From Gemmatimonadales bacterium (GTDB taxonomy: Bacteria; Gemmatimonadota; Gemmatimonadetes; Gemmatimonadales; GWC2-71-9), in contig DAIQBJ010000001.1 of NCBI GenBank assembly GCA_036781225.1, positions 1,389 through 65,388 on the forward strand: a stretch of 64,000 nucleotides of DNA. The letters are read 5' to 3'. This document shows, piece after piece, positions 27,264 to 35,452 of the stretch; within the stretch, counting starts at the first letter, position 1; each line of letters begins with the position of its first letter. A program made the position numbers and the translations under genes. The notes beneath the pieces were generated by a model that had not been told where the DNA came from, made no database searches, and saw only the letters and a list, made by a program, of their open reading frames with translations.

Positions 27264-27369
27264 GGCCGGAATATACAACAAATATATTCTGTTTTCGCAG
27301 CCACGCTGCGGTACCACCCCGTTGGGGTCAGGTCGACTAAATATCCCAAGATCTAGGGCTTTCGGCCGA
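27264..27369 (-). promoter_or_regulatory. Putative promoter/operator of the corrinoid-THF super-operon
   Basis: This is the only >100-nt gap flanking the operon. It contains an AT-rich island with the inverted repeat GAATATA (27269-27275) - N7 - TATATTC (27283-27289), 6 nt from the ATG. No SD is visible. Confidence 0.45.
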
Positions 27370-29022
27370 TCAGACGCTCGAGCTTTGCTCCCGACGCCGC
27401 AGCTCCTTCCGATCGATCTTGCCGGTCGTCGTCAGCGGAAAACTTTCGACGAACTCGATGGTTCGGGGATATTTGTAGGCGGCCAGCTGGCGTTTCACGT
27501 GCTCCTGGATACGCCCCTTGAGCGCGTCCGACGGGGTCACACCAGCCGCGAGGCGGATGAGCGCCTTGACCACCGCTCCACGGACGGCGTCGGGCGCTGC
27601 GATCACCGCGGCCTCGGCGACGTCGTCGAGCTCGAGCAGCGCTTCCTCGACTTCCGCGGGCCCGATCCGATAACCGCCGCTCTTGATGAGATCATCGTTG
27701 CGACCCATGAAGCGGAAGTAACCCTCGTTGTCCCGCGTCGCCATGTCGCCGGTCTTGATCCACGCGCCAGGAACGTCGCGGCCGCCCAGGAACATCTCGG
27801 CGGTCTTCTCCGGCTTCTCCCAGTATCCGAGAAAGCCGGTCGGGTCGCCGCGGCGCACGACGATCTGACCCTCGACGCCCGCGCCGACGGGCGCCCCGTG
27901 CTCGTCCACCAGTTCGACCTCGCGGCCAGGGTAGACCCGGCCCATGAAACCCGGGCGCACGGGCCAGAGGACAGAGCAGCTCCCGATCAAGTGATTCACT
28001 TCGGTGAGGCCGTAGAACTCATTGACTGCGGCGCCGAGCTCGTCTTCCCCCCAGCGCAGGACCTCGGCCGCCACCGACTCGCCACCGCTGGCGACAACGC
28101 GCAGCCGCGTTCCGAATCGCTCCCGTGGCGTCCGGATTTGCGCCATCATCTTGAGCGCCGTCGGCGCTAGGAAGGCGTGGCTGACGCCGATGTCAGCGAT
28201 CGTCGCGAACGTCCGCTCGGGATCGAACCGCCTGTTCGAGCCGAGGACCGGGCGGCCAAACGCCCACGCGGGAAGCAGGACGTCGAGCAGACCGCCAACC
28301 CACGCCCAGTCCGATGGCGTCCAGAACATGGTCTCGTCATCGAAATGGATATTGAAGACGAGCGCGATCGTCACGACGTAGCCGGCGAGCACGCGGTGCG
28401 CATGCAGCACGCCCTTGGGCAGGCCCGTTGTGCCGGAGGTATACATCAGAAGCGCTGGGTCTTCAGCTGCGGTGTCGGCGGTCGGGCAGATCGGGGCGCC
28501 GCGTTCCACCAGAGCTGACCACCCAAGACCAGGCCCGCCGCCGTCCACCACGATGACGTGCCGCAAGTGCGGGAGTCGATCACGGATCGAGTCGATGGTG
28601 GCTATCGCATCGGCGCCGATCACGATCGCGACCGCACGGCAGTCGGCCAGGATGTATTCGAGAGTGGCTGGCCCGTAGAGGAACGACAGCGGAACCGAGA
28701 TGGCGCCCAGCTTGAACAGCGCCAGATGCGTCACCGGCACCTCGACGCACTGAGGCAATACCAAGCCTACGCGATCGCCTTTCGACACTCCCAGCGCCCG
28801 TAGCGCATTGGCCAGACGGTTGGCTGCTTCGGCGATGTCGCGGAACGTCCACGACCGACGCCGGCCCGCCGCGTCCTCATGCAGTAGCGCGGGCCTCGCC
28901 GGCGCCTCGGCTGCCCAGCGGTCGACGGTGGCGGCGGCGATGTTGTACCGCGCAGGGATGTCCCAGCGGAAGTTACCGACGATATCGTCATAGTCGCGAT
29001 AGCCGGACAGCCGTGGAATCAC
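27370..29022 (-). CDS. AMP-forming acyl-CoA synthetase/ligase
   Basis: 550 aa with YTSGTTGLPKGV, GLTE and the C-terminal TTTGKIDRKELR. Confidence 0.85.
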   Translation of the reverse strand: MIPRLSGYRDYDDIVGNFRWDIPARYNIAAATVDRWAAEAPARPALLHEDAAGRRRSWTFRDIAEAANRLANALRALGVSKGDRVGLVLPQCVEVPVTHLALFKLGAISVPLSFLYGPATLEYILADCRAVAIVIGADAIATIDSIRDRLPHLRHVIVVDGGGPGLGWSALVERGAPICPTADTAAEDPALLMYTSGTTGLPKGVLHAHRVLAGYVVTIALVFNIHFDDETMFWTPSDWAWVGGLLDVLLPAWAFGRPVLGSNRRFDPERTFATIADIGVSHAFLAPTALKMMAQIRTPRERFGTRLRVVASGGESVAAEVLRWGEDELGAAVNEFYGLTEVNHLIGSCSVLWPVRPGFMGRVYPGREVELVDEHGAPVGAGVEGQIVVRRGDPTGFLGYWEKPEKTAEMFLGGRDVPGAWIKTGDMATRDNEGYFRFMGRNDDLIKSGGYRIGPAEVEEALLELDDVAEAAVIAAPDAVRGAVVKALIRLAAGVTPSDALKGRIQEHVKRQLAAYKYPRTIEFVESFPLTTTGKIDRKELRRREQSSSV

Positions 29023-29798
29023 GGTGCATGCACTTCCGAGCGGATGGACTCGAGAATCTCGCGCTTCAGGTGCATGAAGACCGAGCTCGTAAGAACGTCG
29101 AGCGTCCGCGGGCGCGGTAGCGATACCTCGCGCTCGAGCTTGATCCGGCCCGGGCGCGCCGTCATGACGTAAACCCGATCGGCGAGGAAGATCGCCTCGT
29201 CGACGTCATGCGTGATGAACAGGATCGTCGGCCGTGCCGCCTGCCACACATCCAACAGCCACTCCTGCATGGTCGAGCGCGTCTGCGCGTCGAGGGCGCC
29301 GAACGGTTCGTCCATCAAGAGCACGGCCGGCGAGTTGATCAGCACGCGGGCGATCGCGACCCGCTGCTTCATGCCTCCCGATAGCTCGTGGGGATAGTGG
29401 TGCTCGAAGCCACGTAGTCCGACGACGTCGATGTAGCGCTCGGCGAGGCCCTCATAGGCGGCCCGACCGAGACGGCGAATCTTGGGACCGTAGATGATGT
29501 TCTGGTAGATCGAGAGCCAAGGGAACAGCGCCTGCTCCTGGAATACGACACCGCGATCAGGTCCGGGCCCAGTCACAGGCACGCCGTCGACAAGGACGTC
29601 TCCCTCGCTGGCGGTCTCGAAGCCCGCGACGACGCGGAGCACGGTCGACTTGCCACAGCCGGAAGGCCCGAGGAGGCACACGATCTCGTTCTCACCGATG
29701 GTCAGGGACACGCGACGAAGCGCTTCGGTTCGTTTCCCGGTCAGGGGTTCTACGAAGACCTTCGAAAGCTCCTTCAGATCCACTTTGGCGCGCCCCAT
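29019..29798 (-). CDS. ABC transporter ATP-binding protein (NitT/TauT family)
   Basis: 259 aa from the ATG at 29798 (MGRAKVDLKEL...) with LLGPSGCGKSTVL, LSGGMKQRVAIARVL and LLMDEPFGALD. The 505-aa track ORF is an artefactual extension through the permease gene. Confidence 0.9.
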   Translation of the reverse strand: MGRAKVDLKELSKVFVEPLTGKRTEALRRVSLTIGENEIVCLLGPSGCGKSTVLRVVAGFETASEGDVLVDGVPVTGPGPDRGVVFQEQALFPWLSIYQNIIYGPKIRRLGRAAYEGLAERYIDVVGLRGFEHHYPHELSGGMKQRVAIARVLINSPAVLLMDEPFGALDAQTRSTMQEWLLDVWQAARPTILFITHDVDEAIFLADRVYVMTARPGRIKLEREVSLPRPRTLDVLTSSVFMHLKREILESIRSEVHAP

Positions 29799-30604
29799 CA
29801 ACGGAAAAGATTCGGCGACCAGCGCAGCGCGCGCCGGAACGTGTAGACGATGACGCGGTCGGAGGCATAGCCGATGAACCCGACGAGCAACATGCCAACC
29901 ATGATCAGGTCGATGCGAAACAACTCGCGTGCGTCCGCGATTGCCGAGCCGAGGCCCGTGCCGACGCCGGTCATCTCGCCCACGACCAGGCATACCCATG
30001 CGAAGCCCAGACCCACCCGCAAGCCGGCGAGCACGGAAGGCAGCGACGCCGGTATCAGGACTCGATAGAACAGTTGGCTCGGCCGTGTTCCGAGCATTTG
30101 CGCCGCTTCGATCAGACGTTGGTCGACGACTTTCACGCCGATTGTGGTGTTGATGACGATCGGAAAGAACGCGCCGAGGAAGATCAGGAAGAGCGTTGCC
30201 CGGTGCCCTAGACCAAACCACATGATCGACAGCGGCAGCCATGCCGTGATCGGGATGGGGCGGATGACCTGAAGCACCGGATCGACGAAGCGTTCCAGCG
30301 TGCGGCTGACGCCCAGGAGGATCCCGAGTGTGACGCCGGTGATGACGGCTAGCCCGAAGCCGTTGAGAACTCGCAGCGTGCTGATGTACGCATGCTTGAG
30401 AAAGCTTCCGCTGAAGACATACGCCCCCGGCGAGTTGGGATTGCCGAGGATGAAGTCGTAGCCTGTCGTCGCGACTTTCCACGGCGACGGCATCAGCCGC
30501 GGCGGCAGATACCCAGCGGTAACGGCGAGCTGCCACACCGCGATGAGGGCGGCGGGCACCGCCATGGCGCGCGCTGCCCGCCCGACCAGCGTCGCTACCT
30601 GCAT
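29798..30604 (-). CDS. ABC transporter permease (NitT/TauT family)
   Basis: 268 aa, six hydrophobic segments and an EAA-like loop (IEAAQMLGTRPSQLFYRVLIP). Confidence 0.85.
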   Translation of the reverse strand: MQVATLVGRAARAMAVPAALIAVWQLAVTAGYLPPRLMPSPWKVATTGYDFILGNPNSPGAYVFSGSFLKHAYISTLRVLNGFGLAVITGVTLGILLGVSRTLERFVDPVLQVIRPIPITAWLPLSIMWFGLGHRATLFLIFLGAFFPIVINTTIGVKVVDQRLIEAAQMLGTRPSQLFYRVLIPASLPSVLAGLRVGLGFAWVCLVVGEMTGVGTGLGSAIADARELFRIDLIMVGMLLVGFIGYASDRVIVYTFRRALRWSPNLFR

Positions 30605-31569
30605 CCGCCCGCCTTCGCCGTCTTGCTAAAGCGTTGGTCCATCATCGCGGTGTAATCCGGCTCACGCTCGATGATCCCGAGCTCTCGCAGTGCCTTGCCC
30701 ATGGCCTTGAAGCTCGCGACGTATTCGTCGGAAAGCTCCCACCCGATCCCCACATTGACCATCGACGCCTTGGTCACTTTGGGGTCGAATCCGAAGAGCC
30801 GGCGACCGGTGTCAATCCACTCGTCGTGGTTCTTGTCCATGTACTCGTAGGCGGCCTTCTGAGCGCACACGACGACTTGCACCAACTGGGAGTCTTTCGC
30901 GACCATCGCCTTGCTCGTCGCGAGCGCGCTGTTGAGGCTGCCGATCGGGGTATCGTAGGGGTACGACAGGATGCGCCCGTATCCATCGCTGACGGCCAGG
31001 GTCGGATGCGGCTCGGAGCCCGAGTAGGCGTCGACATCGCCGCGCTGTAGCGCGATCGGCATCTCCGACCACGTGATCTTGATGAGCTGGACGTCCTTGT
31101 TCGGATCTAACCCCGCCTGCTTGAGCTTCGCGCGCAGGAGCACGTCCTGGAGCGCGCCCGGAAAGTTGGCGATCTTCTTGCCACGGAGGTCGGCGACGGT
31201 CTTGATGGGCGAATCAGCCTTGACGACGATGGCCGCACCCTTGCGCGCAGCGTCCCCGATGAGCACTTGCGGATCGCCTTGCGCGCCGGCGATGAGCGCC
31301 GCCGTAGTGCCGTACTGGCCGAAGTCGATATTGCCGTTTACCACCGCCTTCTCCACGTCGAGGCTGGAGGTGAAATAGACCAACTCGGCCTGCACGTCCT
31401 TGGGCAGGAACCGTTCGTAGAACAGCGGAACCATCATGTGTACGAGCTTGAAGGTTCCGACCTTGATCTTCTTCACCTGTTGCCCGGTGCCAGGTGCGGC
31501 CAGCACCGAAAGAATCAGCGTGCCGCCGAGCGCGGCCACGACGACGACTCTTCGTCGGAGAGACATCAT
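30595..31569 (-). CDS. ABC transporter substrate-binding protein (NMT1/SsuA/TauA-like)
   Basis: 324 aa from the ATGATG at 31569 preceded by GGAGGA, with signal peptide MMSLRRRVVVVAALGGTLILSVLAAPG. Confidence 0.8.
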   Translation of the reverse strand: MMSLRRRVVVVAALGGTLILSVLAAPGTGQQVKKIKVGTFKLVHMMVPLFYERFLPKDVQAELVYFTSSLDVEKAVVNGNIDFGQYGTTAALIAGAQGDPQVLIGDAARKGAAIVVKADSPIKTVADLRGKKIANFPGALQDVLLRAKLKQAGLDPNKDVQLIKITWSEMPIALQRGDVDAYSGSEPHPTLAVSDGYGRILSYPYDTPIGSLNSALATSKAMVAKDSQLVQVVVCAQKAAYEYMDKNHDEWIDTGRRLFGFDPKVTKASMVNVGIGWELSDEYVASFKAMGKALRELGIIEREPDYTAMMDQRFSKTAKAGGCR

Positions 31570-31588
31570 TGTCGTTCCTCCTGGATAA

Positions 31589-32110
31589 TCATTCGTCGGG
31601 TTCGAACCAGAAGAGCTCCATCGGATGCGCGACCGCACCCTGGGCCCACACGATCTTCACCGGAAGCCCGGGCGTGAGGCGCCTCACGTCAACGAAGTTT
31701 TGGATCCGCTGCAACAGGAGCGTCGACGCGCCGTCCAGCGCGACGTAGCCGAGCACGAGCGATGGCTGAGAGGCTGCGCCGCTTTGCGTGTACGTGCACT
31801 CGGTGGCCGCCGCCAGACGCCCACGTCCGGACAGCTCGATCCACTCAGTCGTGGCAAGATCGTTGCCGCAGCTGGCACGCGGGGGAACCCACACAGACCG
31901 GCAGCGCGCGCAGCGCGACCCCAGAAGCCGGTGCGCTTCCAGCTCGAGAAAGAAGCGCGAGCATTTTCCGAGCGAGTGCTGGAAGCGAAACTCTAGCGTC
32001 AGATCGAGGATCTCGATATCACGGAAGCTCCGCCATGGATCGTCAGCCTCCGCCCTACCGCGCGGGTCGGCGATCTTTCGAACGTCGAGTTTCGCGCGCA
32101 CATTCGCCAT
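31589..32110 (-). CDS. Zn-ribbon + OB-fold protein (DUF35 type), thiolase partner
   Basis: 173 aa with RCARCRSVWVPPRASCGN (C-x2-C...C), followed by an OB-like C-terminal part. It lies immediately downstream of an SCP-x-type thiolase, the usual pairing. Confidence 0.7.
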   Translation of the reverse strand: MANVRAKLDVRKIADPRGRAEADDPWRSFRDIEILDLTLEFRFQHSLGKCSRFFLELEAHRLLGSRCARCRSVWVPPRASCGNDLATTEWIELSGRGRLAAATECTYTQSGAASQPSLVLGYVALDGASTLLLQRIQNFVDVRRLTPGLPVKIVWAQGAVAHPMELFWFEPDE

Positions 32111-32112
32111 GG

Positions 32113-33330
32113 CTAGTCGCGCCTCTCGAAGATGGACACGATGCACAGGCTTCCGGTACCACCGTGAGTGTCGGCGAGACCGCGTCTAGCGCCCAGCACC
32201 TGACGCTCCTTCGGACACTCGCCCCTAAGCTGGTTGACGATCTCGCACACCTGCGCGATCCCCATCGCACCCGGCGGCGCGCCTTGTCCAAGGAGGCCGC
32301 CGGACGTGTTCGTTGGTAGGTCGCCGCCGAGGTCGAAGACGCCGCGCTGGGCCAGAACGCCGCTCTCCCCATAGCCGCAGAAGCCGAGGTCCTCGTACGA
32401 CTGCAGCTCTACGCCGCTGTAAGGATCCGCCACTTCTGCGACATCGAGCTCTCGGCGGGGATCAGCGACACCCGCCATCACGTACGCCATCTGCGCTGCT
32501 TCTCGCTTCGCCCGAAAGTGCGCGAGCCCGGGGTACGGCTGCGACCGATCCCCGAGCCGCATCCGATCGGTCGCGCAGCCGGAACCTGTGAAGAACACGC
32601 GTGGGCGTTGCTTCCACGACTCCGCATGCTCGGCCGCCCAGCCTGGTGTGGCCAGGAGTACCGCGGCCGCCCCGTCAGCGAGGACCGAACAGTCGAGCCG
32701 TTTGTATGGCGAGACAACCGCCGGCGAGGACATGACGTCCGCGATGGTGAGATCAAGCGGCATCGCGGCCATGGCATTCGAGCGGGCGTTGCGGTGATTC
32801 TTTACGGACACGAGTGCCATGTGCTCTTCGCGTGTTCCGTAGCGGCGCATATGCTCCTGCATCATCAACGCGTAATACGCGATGAAGAAGCCGCCAGCCG
32901 CCATCTCGAAGTCGACGTCGCCGGACATCGCGTACACCCGGCGGACCGTTGATGGCGGAACCTGGCGACCGACCGCATCGGCGCCAACGACGAGGATGGA
33001 TTCACAGAGGCCGCCGCGAAGATAGGCCAGGGCCGTTCGGAGTGCGACGCCTCCACTGGCACCGCCGCCCTCAACGCGTACAGTTGGCCGCGGGCATAAA
33101 GCGAGAGTGTCCTGCACTACCTGTCCCCAGCTCAACTGCCGCGCCATGATCTCGCTCTCGTATGCCACGACGGAGTGCTGCACCGTTTCCCGTTCGACCC
33201 CGGCGTCGGTGAGCGCCGCCTGTGCAGCCTCCACGATCCACTCCGCCGGAGTGCCGTCGGGTCGCGCCGGCGCGAACTTCGACAGCCCGCCACCGAGAAC
33301 GACCACCTCCGCCGCGGCCAGCGACGTCAC
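32113..33330 (-). CDS. Thiolase-like protein (SCP-x / non-specific lipid-transfer thiolase type)
   Basis: 405 aa of thiolase-fold length, with GGGASGG, the C-terminal GGLLGQGAPPGAMG and TGSLCIVSIFE. Confidence 0.75.
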   Translation of the reverse strand: MTSLAAAEVVVLGGGLSKFAPARPDGTPAEWIVEAAQAALTDAGVERETVQHSVVAYESEIMARQLSWGQVVQDTLALCPRPTVRVEGGGASGGVALRTALAYLRGGLCESILVVGADAVGRQVPPSTVRRVYAMSGDVDFEMAAGGFFIAYYALMMQEHMRRYGTREEHMALVSVKNHRNARSNAMAAMPLDLTIADVMSSPAVVSPYKRLDCSVLADGAAAVLLATPGWAAEHAESWKQRPRVFFTGSGCATDRMRLGDRSQPYPGLAHFRAKREAAQMAYVMAGVADPRRELDVAEVADPYSGVELQSYEDLGFCGYGESGVLAQRGVFDLGGDLPTNTSGGLLGQGAPPGAMGIAQVCEIVNQLRGECPKERQVLGARRGLADTHGGTGSLCIVSIFERRD

Positions 33331-33382
33331 GCTCGCAACGCCACACCGGCGCCTAACCGGTCAGGCGCGGCGGCGTCGAGTG

Positions 33383-34189
33383 TCACCGTCCCGTCCACTT
33401 GGGCTCTCGGCGCTCGCGGAAGGCGGCATAGCCCTCTCGCACATCGTCACTGCGGTAGAGCGGCGCCTGGAGATGAGCTTCCAGCTCCTCGCCGGTTCTA
33501 ATTTCGGTCGCCCATGCCCGGTCAATCGCTTGCTTGGCAAGCCCGACGGCGAGCGGGGCTCCGGCCTTGAGGTCCGTTACCATCTCAGCTAGGGCCGCCG
33601 CTAGCTGCTCACGTGGCACCACACGGTTGACCAGCCCCATAGCGAGACACTCCTCGGCGCGAACACGGCGGCCCGTTAGGATCAAGTCCTTAGCTCGGCT
33701 GACGCCGATAAGCCTCGGCAGACGCTGGGTCGCGCCGAGATCAGGAATGATCCCGAGGCGGACTTCGGGAATCATCATGAACGCATCGGTCACGGCGATT
33801 CGCAGATCACAAGCAAGGGCAAGGTCCACGCCGCCGCCGACGCATGCGCCGTTGATGGCTGCGATGACTGGCTTCTCGAGCTGTTCCAGCCGGTCGAACA
33901 CTGACTGCATATTTCGCAGCATCGCCCGGAAGGTCTCTGGCGCGAGCTCGAGACTCGAGAACTCGCGAACCATGTCGAGATCCGCGCCCGCCGAAAACGT
34001 CGTTCCAGCGCCAGTCACGATGAGCACCCGCACAGTGCGGTCTGCGGACGCTGCCGCCACGGCCGCGCCGAGAGCGGCAAAGACTTCGTGCGACATTGCG
34101 TTGAGCTTACGCGGGCGGTTCAGCGTGATGGTGAGGACACCGTCTTTCAATTCGGTCAGCACAACTCGTTCGTCAGTCATGGTTGCCAC
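33383..34189 (-). CDS. Enoyl-CoA hydratase/isomerase (crotonase) family protein
   Basis: 268 aa; LTITLNRPRKLNAM, TGAGTTFSAGADL, AAINGACVGGGVDLALACD. Confidence 0.9.
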   Translation of the reverse strand: MATMTDERVVLTELKDGVLTITLNRPRKLNAMSHEVFAALGAAVAAASADRTVRVLIVTGAGTTFSAGADLDMVREFSSLELAPETFRAMLRNMQSVFDRLEQLEKPVIAAINGACVGGGVDLALACDLRIAVTDAFMMIPEVRLGIIPDLGATQRLPRLIGVSRAKDLILTGRRVRAEECLAMGLVNRVVPREQLAAALAEMVTDLKAGAPLAVGLAKQAIDRAWATEIRTGEELEAHLQAPLYRSDDVREGYAAFRERREPKWTGR

Positions 34190-34264
34190 CTTCCTGGAAA
34201 CGCTGAAACACGGATACGACCTCCTTGTTCGAGCCCGTGACGGAAGGAAGTCATGTTCGAGCGC

Positions 34265-35452
34265 TCAGCGACGCCCGCCGGCCATGAGTCGGCTCGCAGG
34301 GTGACACCGCAGCAAAAGCATCGCGGCCGGCCCAGCAAGGGCAACGACGCCGAGCGAAGCGAATGCAATCTGCCATGCACCGCCGGTGACGTCGAGTACC
34401 CAGCCGAAGAGTACCGGCGATAACGCACCCGCGAGCCACCCGATGGCGCCATAGAGGCCAAGCGCGGTACCGACCCCGGCCGCCGGCGTCACTTCCGTTA
34501 CGCCTGTGGAGAGCACCGGGGAATCACCAATGGCGAACATGTAGTAGAGCGCGCCGAGCGTAACGAGGAGCAGCGATGGTGCCGCGATGAGCCAGCCGAA
34601 GCAAAGCGACCCGAGAATACTGGTGAGCATGATCGTGATGGCGGCGGCCGTGCGCCCAATGCGGTCCGACAAATAGCCGCCCCCCAAGACGCCAACGACC
34701 CCGAGCGCAAGAATCGGGAACGCGGAGATCGACGCCCGCGCGGCTGCCACGTCGAGGTCGGCGCCCGCAGCAACGAAGCTCGCGGTGAGAAACGCGGTGA
34801 GCCAGCCCCAGATTCCCATCAACTCCCAGTTGTGAGCAAAGTATGCGAGGCACAGGAGGAATCCCGGCATCGTGAGCCGCTTGGGAATCACGGAGGCCGG
34901 CTCACGTCTCTCTCGATGATTTCGAAGCAGACGCATCGCACCAACAGCCCCGGCGAGAGCGACGAGGCCGAGCGCGACGAACGCCGCTCGCCACCCCAGG
35001 AATGCCGTCAGCGTGCCGGTAACCGCAAGCGAGATCGCTAAACCGCCCGCAAGCGAGGCCACGAATATCCCGACCGCACGACCTCGCTCTCGCGGCGCAC
35101 CAGCAGTCACCAGCTTGACACCAGGCATGTAGGTGCCACCGATGCCGATGCCGCCGAGCGCCTTCAGGAGCGCAGCCGATATCGGTCCAGAAGCGAAAAG
35201 TCCGAACGCGACCATCGAGACGGCGGCGCAAAACGCCGACCCTACAAAGATCACTGCCGCCGACCACCGATCGCTCAGCGCGCTCAGAGCAATGACGGCG
35301 ACGACGAACCCGGCCTGACCGGCCGCGGCGATCGCGCCGGCCTGGCTGTTCGACAATCCCCAGTCGTGGCGGAGGAGGGGCAACACCGCTGAGATATTGA
35401 GGTGGGTGGAAATCACAGCGAGCGAGCAGAGACCTAACAGAGTCGGCGTCAC
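34265..35452 (-). CDS. MFS transporter
   Basis: 395 aa, about 12 hydrophobic segments. Shares the YFAHNWELMGIWGWLTAFLT motif with the other two MFS ORFs in the window. Confidence 0.85.
   Translation of the reverse strand: MTPTLLGLCSLAVISTHLNISAVLPLLRHDWGLSNSQAGAIAAAGQAGFVVAVIALSALSDRWSAAVIFVGSAFCAAVSMVAFGLFASGPISAALLKALGGIGIGGTYMPGVKLVTAGAPRERGRAVGIFVASLAGGLAISLAVTGTLTAFLGWRAAFVALGLVALAGAVGAMRLLRNHRERREPASVIPKRLTMPGFLLCLAYFAHNWELMGIWGWLTAFLTASFVAAGADLDVAAARASISAFPILALGVVGVLGGGYLSDRIGRTAAAITIMLTSILGSLCFGWLIAAPSLLLVTLGALYYMFAIGDSPVLSTGVTEVTPAAGVGTALGLYGAIGWLAGALSPVLFGWVLDVTGGAWQIAFASLGVVALAGPAAMLLLRCHPASRLMAGGRR

Noticed and set aside
29799-30536. N-terminal 246-codon extension of the ABC ATPase ORF (the track gives 505 aa).
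   Set aside because: The extension runs through the permease gene in another frame and is Arg/His/Pro-rich. The ATPase domain begins at MGRAKVDLKEL (ATG at 29798), which abuts the permease stop. Similar extensions were trimmed at 38366-39871, 40468-41136, 35449-36537, 18913-20934, 7944-10049, 57584 and 61592.
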